Positions 11,796 through 24,000 of a DNA stretch of 64,000 nt are shown in pieces. Where the stretch lies: contig CBFFRP010000363.1 of assembly GCA_965644295.1 (NCBI GenBank), positions 372,001 to 436,000 of the forward strand, in the 5' to 3' direction. This DNA is from Paraphysomonas bandaiensis (lineage: Eukaryota > Protista > Chrysophyceae). The position numbers and the translations under genes were made by a program. The first letter of the stretch is position 1. Each line of letters starts with the position of its first letter. The notes under the pieces are model-generated. The model did no database searches and was not told the origin of the DNA. It saw nothing but the letters and a program-made list of their open reading frames with translations.

Positions 11796-13633
11796 GCTTA
11801 CAAAGCCATCTTCACGGATGGATCCTTCACACGCACACACCTCACCCCTGCTCACCTACTCGGCAACACCCACACACAGCCCAATTCTCACGACGGAGGA
11901 GCTGCAATTGTATGGCTCCCGCCCAAGAACACCTGGGGTCACAGACAAACCAAAATCCTACAACTTACGGCACCACAGTACACAGCGCCTGGCCTCAACG
12001 CATACACCTACGAAACCCTTGCAATGTCAGCAGCACTGACATTCTCCAATGTACTCCACTCTTCCGTGCCAATCTGGACTGACTGCCAGGCGGTACAGAC
12101 GCGGACCAAAGAGGCCCTCTCACACAGACGGCGCGCCCTCGGAACAAAGCCCCAGGGAATATTTTACGAATGCCTCGCCACCACAGCTCTTAAACAGCGC
12201 CCAATACAATGGACGCGTTCGCACCCCGAACGTAGAACACAAGATCAAAGCAACTGGACCTACACTGACCACGGCATTTATATAGCTGACGCCGCCGCCA
12301 GCGGCGACTGGAAGACACTAGACAAAGTGCTCGGAGCCTCCAACTACAGTGTTGTCACAACAGACGCTACGCACATACTGGAAGAATTCTTCACCACGGG
12401 TCAATGGCACTGGCGTAGATACGATACACACCTCCTCACAGACCTCGGTCCTATGCTAGGAGACGTTACAGATCTCCACCACCAGTGGGACCTCCATCAA
12501 TACACCCTCCGACGAGATAGCATGTATGCTGCACAAACGCAACGAGACCCGCAGTATTGGACACGCAGCGGAACAAGGCTCCCACACAAGCTCCATCCCC
12601 TCCGTACCCATAACTCCTCCAAACACTACATCCCCCTCGCAGAGCGTATACGCGAGACGGCATACGTATGGGACAAATCCTTTGCAATGGGTAGAAACCG
12701 AGCCAAAGGAAAATCCGGACACGATCGCACAACGGCTTCCACATGCGCAGACTGTGCACACCCCACAGACAACATGGCACACATGCTTCTCACCTGCACT
12801 CACCCTGACATCATTCACATACGTGAAGATGTCCACCAAGCACACCACAATAAGCTTGACAAACTTCGCACGCGCACGCTCCCCCATCCCTGGTTTTACA
12901 CCGCCATAACCAAACTAGCCAAAGCCGCATGGAACCCAGCCACCCCCAGGTTGAGCGCTACTGGACCGGCCACATTACTGCCACACAAATGGCCGACGCT
13001 TTCGGACGCCACATATCCAGCTCACTGCTCGAACATCAATTCCACGCCCTAGAAAAATCCATCGCCTCTATCCTACTCCCCCTATATGATGGAGGGCTCC
13101 GCATGCTTCGCAATAGGGGACACAGACACCACAACGTAGACACGGCACCGGCGACACCGGTCCCGACACACGCAAAGCCCCGCCAGCCCCAGGATACCCA
13201 CCCGACACCAAAAGTACTCCAGCTACTCCAGGCGACATCCACCCCACGAACTACACTCTCTGCAAGAGCCCAGACCCGACAGAGGCAAGCGCAACCACTC
13301 CGGAAACAACTTCTCCTTACTTGTAGCCGAAACCCCACCTCAACAACCAGCACCATCTCCACCACCGACTTGCACTCTCATATACAACTCGCCTCACCCA
13401 CCCCCCACATAATCCATGGCACAGGTCCGCCAGACACATTGCCCAAAGGTAGACCCCCCGACTAACCTCACTACAAGGGACGGTTGCACCATGGTGCTCG
13501 CAGCGATGCACAAGCAGTCCCGAGACGGTTGCCCGCCACTAGTAGTATATAGCAAATCTAGTTATTAGCTAGTCTATAGACATAAACTAGTTTCTGTACG
13601 CAACCGTACTCATGTAATAATCAGACTTTCATA
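11796..13633 (+). mobile_element. 5'-truncated LINE encoding RNase H and a C-terminal CCHC zinc knuckle
   Basis: RNase H motifs AIFTDGS, NAYTYETLA, IWTDCQ, WTRSH and GIYIADAAA; CADC..H..LTC; one frameshift at ~12935; stop at 13465; perfect 14-bp TSD TAGCCTCTCCGTTC at 11782-11795 and 13634-13647; A/C-rich composition shift. Confidence 0.9.
13477..13521 (+). ncRNA. Conserved 3' structured RNA motif of the LINE, shared with the short retroposons
   Basis: GGGAC-GGTTGCACCATGG-TGCTCGCA-GCGA-TGCACAAGCA-GTCCC; the outer stem covaries in the other copies. Confidence 0.7.
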
Positions 13634-14706
13634 TAGCCTCTCCGTTCAAAAGGTGATGAATAACTACTTGCATTGGCACACCTTTTTTCTCAACAACACA
13701 ACGCAAGAGAATCTCGCGAAAAACTTTGTATGAAATGCGCTTTCCATGTATTACTCCACTGTTGTATTCCGGACATTTCTTCGAGCTCGCTTTCAACCGC
13801 GCTTTCAGAAAACACAGTTCCACATCAACACCAGTGAAGGACTTATCAATAATGCCGCAATCACGGCACATTTTTACAAATTTGGAAAGCTGCATTTCAC
13901 CAGTTCGACAAAACTTATTGAAGAATCTTTCGAGAACAATCTCTGTATCAGAATCCTTGGGTGCTGGCTTGTCAAAATCGTCTTCCTTGATTATATTAGC
14001 ACTACTGCATATCTGACGACATCAGCAAAGTGATCTACAGAGCATTATAGATTAATTGTTTTACCTCTTTGAGTCCACTAACGTATCTAGATGCCATTTT
14101 CATACGAGAACAACTTTGAATTCGACGAGCGGCTTGGTGTTGTTGTGGGGTTCCCACTGACTGGACTGACGCAGTATCATCATCATCGTCAACATTCTCC
14201 GCTTGCACATGCACAACCAAATCCCCTAAGTCAAAATCGTCCTCCTTCTTACGGAGCAACATCGGTACACGTGCTTCAACGCGTGATAGTTTAAATATCA
14301 AGTTGTCGACATGGATTTCTTTCTTCGCAGCGATATCGGGAACTAGTAGGTTTCTGAATGTACTGTAGTTAATATACGCAATTTTCTCTCCTTTGTCAAT
14401 GCTTGCAGTATTTCTAGACTTCTCAAATACACGAACAGCATCAGCAATAGTGAATGTCTTCTTATGCAACAACTTCGCTGCTTTACATAATCGCATAAAT
14501 CCTGGAGAATCCAACTTCCCATCTGAGGCAAATTTGCAGTACAAGTCATATACTTCTTTTTCTTGACCAGAAAATGCAGCTGCAATTAACATTTCTTTGT
14601 CGACAAGTCCCTCTGCATCCTGGAAGGAGATGTACATTTCTTCGCATACTTTGTACAGGTCATCCTTGCTGAGTTTAGACGGCATGCTTGAAGCCCCAGC
14701 ACCCAT
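13629..14706 (-). CDS. Multidomain p25alpha/TPPP-like protein with IQ motif and N-myristoylation signal; C-terminus truncated by the LINE
   Basis: MGAGASS start; two p25alpha-like repeats (LDSPGFMRLCKAAKLL..; MQLSKFVKMCRDCGIID..T..DVELCFLKA); IQ motif AARRIQSCSR; intron 14013-14064 joins the two ORFs in frame. Confidence 0.8.
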
Positions 14707-15183
14707 AGCAGATCTTTTCAAGTCCAGTACAGCACTACTATGAGTTTCCACCCCTTTTATTCCTATTCCTTATGTTACTTCTTGTGACAGTGTACCGTTC
14801 CAATGCACCTCACGGAATCTTGTTCCAATGCACCTCAACGGATGGTATGGTATGCCGTGTACACATACTGCCTGGATATCATACATACCAATAAAATGCC
14901 GTTATGTGTGTATTACGTATTATTGTACTACAGTGTATTTTTTTCTTCTGTTGTACTTTGGCGAAAATTTTAGAAGAAAAAAAGTTCAACATAAAAAGTT
15001 TAGAAGGCTGAAAGTATTTGTGACCGCTCGAGATACTGACAGCGGCAACCATCAAATCTTCGTCATCGCTTGTCTCCACATATGCGAAATTTCAGCATCT
15101 GCAGAGCTGCAGCTTCCTGCCATAGCGCCATATTAATATTAGACTCGTATTAATACATAACTTTTGAACCAAGTTATTGCAAA

Positions 15184-16265
15184 ATGCCTGGCTTTTCTTC
15201 TCTTATGATGCCTACCTCGGCAGTTATGCCATCCATCTCTCGTCACTTTGTTGCCGATAACAAAGTCGTTGCTACATCTGCCGAGAAGAATTACGACCTT
15301 ATGTACTATCTTAAGGGAGCTCTGGCCGGCGGAATATGCTGCTCTATTACCCACGGAGCTTTGACCCCTGTTGATGTTGTTAAGACCCGCATCCAGTTAG
15401 ATCCTATTAAATACAACAGAGGTTTGATTGGTGGCTTCAGTCAGGTCATTGCCGAGGAGGGTGCAATGGGACTTCTCACTGGATTTGGCCCCACCGTTGT
15501 CGGTTACTTCATTCAGGGTATGATCGTTCATACAAATATGTATTCTGTATAATTTTTCCCACTTTTATAGGATGGTTCAAGTTTGGTGGTGTTGAATTCT
15601 TTAAGATTAACATTGCCCAGACTCTAGGCGAACAGGCTGCCTGGGATAACCGTACCGGCATTTACCTTGGTGCTTCTGCTATGGCTGAGTTCATTGCTGA
15701 TGTCTTCCTTTGCCCTCTTGAGGCTACCCGTATCCGCCTCGTCTCCAACCCATCTTTTGCAGATGGACTTGCCTCTGGGGCTGCCCGTTTGTTGAAGGAG
15801 GAGGGACTTATCAACGGATTTTACTCTGGATTCGGCCCCATTCTCTTCAAGCAGATCCCTTACACTATGGCCAAGTTCGCTGTTCAAGGCGCTGCCGCCG
15901 AACAGATTGCCAGTGGTCTTGGTAAGACCACAGCTGAGTTGACTGGAACTACCAAGCTTGGTGTTGCCCTCGGTTCTGGTGTGATTGCCGGTGTTGCCGC
16001 TGCTATTATCTCTCACCCTGCCGACACCCTGCTTTCCAAGGTTAACAAGGCCGGTGCTGGTGGAACTGGATCTATCGCATCTCGTCTCGTCAACATTGCC
16101 TCTGAGATTGGATTTGTCAAACTCTGCACTGTTGGACTCGGCCCCAGGTGCGTTATGATTGGTTCCCTGACTGCCGGACAGTTCTTGCTGTTCGATCTTG
16201 TTATGGACATCACTGGGGCCCAGAAGTTCCACTTCCACAACCCCGCCGACGAGGCGGCTCACTAG
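15184..16265 (+). CDS. Mitochondrial phosphate carrier (SLC25A3/MIR1-like), 2 exons
   Basis: CCSITHGALTPVDVVKTRIQ, GYFIQG|WFKFGG, EFIADVFLCPLEATRIR, KQIPYTMAKF and SHPADTLLSK; intron ~15519-15570. Confidence 0.95.
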
Positions 16266-16886
16266 ATATCTTTTCTAGTCTAGATTGCGATGTAAGGCAT
16301 TTGTTCTCATGGTGTGACGCAGCAGCGCAACCCAATACACGTTCAATATATGTTGTATGTGGGGTATTCTAGAGTCTGTGTTCACTATGTGAATGTAGAG
16401 GAGAATTTTGTTAAGGATAGTTTTCTTTCTAGTGGTGACTGTTGCAAACTGTTAATAAAGCAGTATTTTGGTTCAAGCTAATATTTTCTTGGCAGTTACA
16501 ATGTTATTATTTACACACATAATTAGCCCTGTTATATTGTTATATATTATATACCACCAGACTATCACGCGTATTAGGAACGCCTGTTAGCGCAGTTATG
16601 TTTGTTACTTCATTCTTCGCTAACTTATGCATATCGCTACACATAATATAAAATATGATGCTGCCTCTGAATGCTGTTTGATACTTGTGGTCCGCTGTAT
16701 GATGCATACGTATTATATATTCAATTAATTTTGAATTAACGTGATGATAATGAAGACATCAGTGATGATTCAGAGGATGAAGCAGTATGATTACATAAGT
16801 GGTAGGTAGTCTTTGTTCTTTGTTTGGCATCGTGTGGCGTGTGGGATAGGTTTTCATGTGGTCTTGCTTAATAACTTGTATTAAAA

Positions 16887-17000
16887 TGGAATATACGATG
16901 TGGTATTTAGCTGCTGCTGAATAATACTAAAATATTGTAATAGCATTCTTGGACCACTTAGAAATGTATTGCAATACTATTGATGGGACGCTACCTTGCA
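16887..17000 (+). repeat. Dispersed AT-rich repeat (family B), copy 2
   Basis: Aligns with 5383-5510. Confidence 0.65.
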
Positions 17001-18034
17001 ATAATTTTGCAACAACTTTTTCCTCAATCATATATTTTCGTGAACGTGATCAAAACATTGAAGTATTTGTTTCATCCCAAATATGAATTGCAAATAGCTG
17101 ATAATCATTATCTAATATACTTCCTCCAGTACGCCTCCCTTATATAAGAGTAGAAATTTTAAGAAAGTGTTACTTTAGCTGCGTTTACTATATTTTCACT
17201 ATCTATCACTTAAAGCAGTCCATTTCACAAAGATATCTAGTATACTAAGAGGAAATCACACACTAATCGGGATGAAGTATTATAGTAACTCCTAGAAGTG
17301 TTCGCAATAGAAAGGATGTATATTGGTCAACAGCTCGAATTGCAAGGTATCATAGCAACGTCAAACTTTTGAAATAAGAGTTACATGATTCTGTTCGGCA
17401 TGGACTATATGAGTTCTCGTTTACGTGCAAGATATACAAAATCTCGAGGACGACATGCACATAAACCTCCTCTCTCTACTAAAGAATCATGTCGATCATC
17501 TTGAACTAGAGTAACCTCTGTAAATTATTAGCGAATGTGCACTGGTTTGCATCGTCATTGCAGAACTCTGAGTGTCTCACATATCTAGATATCTTATACT
17601 GGGATCAACTGGATCTCGATCTTACCTACTCCTGCAGTGTTGCACTACAGATACAGTGGATTGTGTTTTGTGTGTTAAGAATTGGAGTTTCATAGCAGAA
17701 AACACTAAAATAACATGTTTTTATACTAAAAATAGGGTTTTAGAAGCTATTGGTACAGTAGAATCGAATATTTCGGAAAAATATGAAGTGAAAGCAACAC
17801 CTGTTTCTGAGTCGTGTATGTAGGTATACATATACATGTACTGTATGTGTCGCCGCATCACTTGTATGTATTTCCTTATTTTAGTACAAGTGACTTGCAT
17901 GTATACGCAGCGTGTATTGGATGTGAAGCGTATTGGGGGACAAATATCACGCACATCTGTCGTATTAGATACATAACTGGCACCGCAATTAGTTCCGACT
18001 TCTATCTCTGTGCGGGAGTGTGTAGCCGTCAATA

Positions 18035-21000
18035 ATGCGCAGGAGGAGATCGTCCAGGAGACCCTCAGTGACCTCTCTAGCTCCTCGCGCTGCTAAACAT
18101 GAAGTTGAGGCGATTGATATCGGCGGCTTGTTTGTTTGTGCGCATTGCAATAGAAACCGAGTTGATATTATTAGTTGCGATGAAGGGAGGTACATACAAA
18201 CGCTTCATGAAGCAGATGCCAGTCTTGTGGCATGGAGCTTGCGCACCTATCACTTGGCTGTGCTTGGATCGAGTAATATTGTCAGTTTGTATGACTGTAA
18301 CATAGACCAAGTGTCACTCAAACCTTACTGGAGTAAGCATGGTGTTATTGATATTGCGTCTAATTCCAGCACCGTTAAAGGTGATTATGTCACGAGTATT
18401 TCCTTTCAGTTCCCATATTTGAGCATTGTGCAAGATGGAAATATTACCCTCCACAATTGTGTCTCATCCGAAGTTCACACCTTAAGTAGTGCCAGTGGTC
18501 TACCGAGTATAGCGAAGTTAAGTTATAGTAGTCGCACACTAGCTCTTTGTTCTGTTGGATCTTCACGGATTGATTTCATGAATGTACACAAATCCGGCTG
18601 CTCTAACCTGTGTCACAAAGATCATTCGGCTGAGATCAAAAGTTTGGTTTGGCGACCTGCCTTTTCTACCAGTCGAGATATGGTTCTTGCTTGTGACGTT
18701 ACGAATCTTGTACGCATATGGGCGGTGGAGTATCGATTGCCCTTTAGAGGAGCGGAGCTACATGCTGATGTGCATCTCTTATTGGAGCTAGGGGATTACG
18801 TCGGCCGCTCTACTTTGTTTTCGTGGGTGCAACATGGGCTTTCCACTCAAGCTGAGCTGTCTTATCTTGGCGACGCCCTAGGTCGCGATACTTCTAAAAT
18901 TGGGTCCTTTGTGGGGTCAGGAATGTCGCCCCACCAACTTCAGGCCCACCCTTCAGGGTCCTGGTTGGCTGTTCTCGACGAACGCGGTGTGGCCCGCTTA
19001 TGGTGTATTCACGCACACGGAATTTCTAACCACATAGAATGCAGCCTGAAAGGCCACGGTCCAGCCATTAACACGGCATCTTATGATGATAAGTTAGCAT
19101 TTTATAGTTTTGCCATGTGTGGTCGTTTCACTGCTATCGGAACAGACAGGCCCGTCACTCTGCATATGGTTGCTGCATACAGCATGCAGACAGCACAAGG
19201 GAATACAACCTCATCTCCCACCACTCTAACTCGAAATCTAATTAAAATCGTTTCGGCGGAGACAATGCAGCGGTCGAACGCTTTCGTGGCTGTGACGAAC
19301 AGAACACTCGAGTTTTTGATCACAGGGAGAACACAACAGCAAGAGGATGAAGACACACCGGTAATTATGAGGACCACTGATATCCTTCCCGCTAGAGTGC
19401 CGTCGAAATGGCAGTTAGAAACTTGGGACGTTTATCAGATAGAAGACGAGACAGATTCTATGAAGGATAAAATCATCCCGAAGTCATTTCGGGCATTGAG
19501 CACGCCTTGGGCAGGGACGGAAGCTTTCTTATGGTGCTACGCCAACCGACACCGCCCGATTACCGGCAGACCATGTGTGGCGTCTGCCCCACTGTCATTT
19601 CTTTGCCACGAGCCGGTAGAGGTGACTGCAGCTGCCCCTGGATATGAAGTTTCCCATGAACTTCTAAGAGCTCTCTGGTTGCCGCAACCTGCAGAGCTTC
19701 TTTCTCGAGATAATCTATCGGAATCCGCCCATAGTGATCAAACTAATGCAAATGAAGATGGCCGTAGCCATATGCTTCTCACACTCCAACAGCCTCATCT
19801 AGGGAGCTACATTGTGGCTGTATGGATTGCTGTTCCGGCCGCTGCACAGACAGTTGCCACAGGTCGCGCTGAAGAAGTCACTGAATACGCCGGCAGATTC
19901 TCGCATGTGTGTTTGGCACCCCGGGATGAAGATGTCAATCGACTGCATCCCTTCGAAATTGGACTCAAGCGGACGAGCTCTATGGGACTGGCAGATAGAA
20001 GTGATACGAAGATATCGCCATCAGCTGTTACAGGAGGGTTTGAGTTTTATGATGTCAGTATTATTCCGGATCCTCACTTTGGGCTTGGGCTTCGGCTAGA
20101 TGTGGACGAAGGAAAAATACTTGTGGAAAGTTTCAAGAGAAACCCACTTACCATGAAACCAATGCCTGCAGAAGAATGTGGAATTATTGGAATCGGGGAT
20201 GAATTGGTGTCCGTCAGCGGGAGTAATTTAAAGGGCCATTCTCTTGCAGATGTCATTCAGACAATTCGGCAGGTGGTTCAGAGTGCCCGTGGAGCAGCAG
20301 TGACCCTTCAGCTCCGTGCAGCAAAGCATCACACCTCTGATACTCCTACCCGTACTTTGAGCACCAGCAACACCTCTGGGTGGTATCGCACTGAGCAGGA
20401 GTCTCCAGCCGCTATTGGAGAGATGCTTCAAAGCGATCGTACCACACCTACTATTGAGAGTGGCCTGGGAACACCACCGAAAGACTCTGATGACCTCATT
20501 GTTCGCGTACCCTCGACTAAGTCGTGGAAATTAATGACATCATGCCCTTTTGATGATGTGATAGCAATGGATATTGCTTTGGGTGGACTCGGTACTGCCC
20601 TCTCTCTGGGGAACCTCGGCCTGTCAAGCTGTGGGTCTGTCGTTGCGGTAGGAGTCGCTTTGCGTGAGCTAAAGATGCCTCAGGGAAGTCGCATGGAGCT
20701 GTGCGTATTTGAAGTTATTTTTAGCAAAGGAGGGACCGAATGTGGGTTCATTCAGCGTGCGACCTGTCCATGGTTTGAGGCAGAGCCTTATTCTCTTCAG
20801 ATATGGCAGAGCTCTCCCCACACTTTCACTGTTGCCGGCATGTGTCTATCCGAGGCGGAAGAAGCAGAGCACTCCCACTCTGTCACTCTGTGTAAAGTTC
20901 ACTCTGTTCCAGATGCCCCTTACTCATCCGATAATGACTTAAAAATTCGATTCCAAAATGAAGGCGGGATTGCTATGAATCGTGCTGTTTCAAGCGACTC

Positions 21001-24000
21001 AACAGAGTTGTCCTGGACTATAACACCAAACATCACTGTTCCAATCAATCTTGAGGCGCCAAAAGATTCAAGCTGCGGTGTTCCATTTGGAGTGAACTGG
21101 GTACTCATGTGCTGTCCACTGCAAGACGGTAGCCGAAATCTCTTGTTAGGAAGCACCTCAAGCGATACTCTCCTAGATATGAAAATAATGGGTAGCTTTT
21201 CCATGTCCACTATGGATGTAGTAGAGCAAGATAATAAAATTCGGCGAGACCGTTCTGGAAGTTTTACAGCCCCTTCAGATATTACAGCAGGCCCACCTAT
21301 TGCCAAAGCCAGTGTGAAGTGTATACAAGTGCTCCCTTTCGAGTCAAATATCAAATGGACGCGTTACCTTAATGATGACACATTGGAGGTAGCAACAGAG
21401 TTTTCCGTGGAATTATATACGCGTAGCCACTCCACCGGAATGTGGGAAGGCACTAACACGGCGCATTTCAACGGTAACGACTGTCCTCAACCATTATCTG
21501 ACCGGCTTATTGCGACACCTTCTCCTTGGTCATACAGGGGAATTTCAGGTGTGTCAGACTCTGCCGCAAACGGTTCTCGGTGTGAATATGCTCCCGACTG
21601 GCACCCAGTTTATGTAGCTGTAGATTTGTTTGCGTCATTGGTGGATGAAGATATGTATTGCCGGCATTTCCCACTTACTGGAGAGCATACGAGGCACACA
21701 GTTCCGTCTAGAATACCAGTGGGTTGTGGAAAGGCTATGGACTGGTCGGGGGATTTAAGCCTAAAGCATGCGCTCTATTCAGCTCTGTGTCGTCTTGATT
21801 TGTTGAACAAATCGGTGCAGAGCTCGATGAATAACCCATACTCGTGTTACGCCTCGAAGATGCTTGAAACTCCTACAAATCTGTCACGAGAGACACTTGA
21901 TGCCGTGCTCACTTTTTTGAAGGACACCGCTGCCAAGCTTGTAGTGGGGTCATCCTCCTCTTCAGCAGTGCAGATGGCAATGAAGTTTATGCCAGCCCCT
22001 CTTCAGTCGTTAAAGCCACACGAACTGGTTTTGTTGTGCGTACAAAGCGTGTTTTTGAAAGAAACTATTGCTGAGCCAAGCGACTTTGAGGCTGTTGCGG
22101 CGTGTGACAAACCTGCTATTCAAGCTACCTCTTGTGGTGCGAGCGGTAGTATATCGACATTCATTGGCATGGATGAGTGGGCTGTCCGATCGTTCACTGC
22201 TTACAAATGTCAAACAATACTTGAGACCTTAGGGTCAGAAACGAGTTATAATGAGCATGCTGTAGCCAGTGGGGCGGTTGTACTGAACGCGCTCGTTTCA
22301 GAATCCCAGACCTCCCTCTATGATACTTTTGTCGGGGCAGATGTTGATGCCTTCACATCTCAAATGGAGAGCACAGGTCCCGTGAGGTCGAAGGATTTTC
22401 ATTTTGGGATGCTGTGGTGGGCTCGGAATCAAGTTGGGAAGGATTCCGAGAATGGAAATGCAAACGAATATGATATTCTAAGAGCCCTTACTCAAGTAAT
22501 GACCCCTATGTGGTTGCGCGACATTTCTCCACTCTTTGACCTGATTGAAAAGCTCTCGACGTATCAATTTAAGCACCATCGTGACACAATGAAAATATTT
22601 ATGGAGATGGTTGTTATTGGAAAGTCAAACAAACTCCTGCAGTTGGCCAAGACTGACAGAAATATAATGGGAAAACAGCTCTTAAATTTGTTGAGTATCG
22701 ATTTTACTACTGAAAGAGGGCGAACTGCTGCACACAAAAATGCTTTTGCTTTGCTTCGACTACAGAGATATAAACACGCAGCTGCTGTTTTTCTGTGCAC
22801 GGAGCCACCTATGCTGAAAGAAGCTGTTCGTGTGATAACAAAACACCTCAAAGATCCATTTTTGGCTTTGCTTATCTCAAGATTGGTAGAGCACAGAATG
22901 GGTCCACGAACCCGAACAGGCGGGCTTGTTCTGGGTCCTATTTCAAGAAAAATTATTTCAGAAGACATTCTACCAGCTCTTCATGCCGCCATCAAATCAC
23001 CCGATGGCCATCGCGACGTACCGAGGAGTAAGAAAGATGGTCCATTCTCCCACTGGGGTGCTGATGCAGCTTTGCTGGCTCTGAGTTGTAATCTGTGGCT
23101 TCAAGACAAGTCTGGGTTTCGCGAAACAGTCAGTTTGTGCTCTCAGTGGAACATCTTTAATTGCGCTGCCCAGTGTTCGAATCTTGGGAAAGCTCAACAA
23201 GTGATCGCAGCGTGTGGTTCTGTGCGGTGGCTTACCCGACAGAGGCTGTGTGTGGAAGGTCGAGAAATATTTGCCTATGCCATGGATAGTATGTTTGAGC
23301 AATATGGGGTAATGGATATACGTTATGCTGGTCGAGATATTGTGTCGACAAAGAGTGAGGAGGGATGTTCAGAGAATGCAGTTAACAATCCCTCGTCTTC
23401 TGCCAGTACTTTGAGTGCCTTCATGCGATATTGCGAGGAATCAAGAAAGATGTGGCTGGAAGATGTAAATAAGTTCAATGCGGAGCAGAAGCGTATTGCC
23501 ACTATTGCTAAAAATCGTGTGATTGAATCTAAACAGCAGGCAAGCAGTGCCGAGAATGAAGATGATATAGACGAAATCTCTGCTGCAATGAAAAAGTTAA
23601 ATGCACTGAAGAGTGCATCCGATGAAAGCAATGCCGCAGAGGCTGCTATGAATTTGCAGAAGCAATCAAAAGGATTTAATTTATCGATGGCTTCATCGTC
23701 GACGACGTCGCCGCCGAGTGCATTGGATATGTTCGATATGGCCCCTCCTCCGAAGCCGAAACCGAAGCCAGCAGAACCACCAAGTGCATTGGATATGTTC
23801 GATATGGCCCCTCCTCCGAAGCCGAAACCGAAGCCAGCAGAACCACCAAGTGCATTGGATATGTTCGATATGGCCCCTCCTCCGAAGCCGAAACCGAAGC
23901 CAGCAGAACCACCAAGTGCATTGGATATGTTCGATATGGCCCCTCCTCCGAAGCCGAAACCGAAGCCAGCAGATCCACCAAGTGCATTGGATATGTTCGA

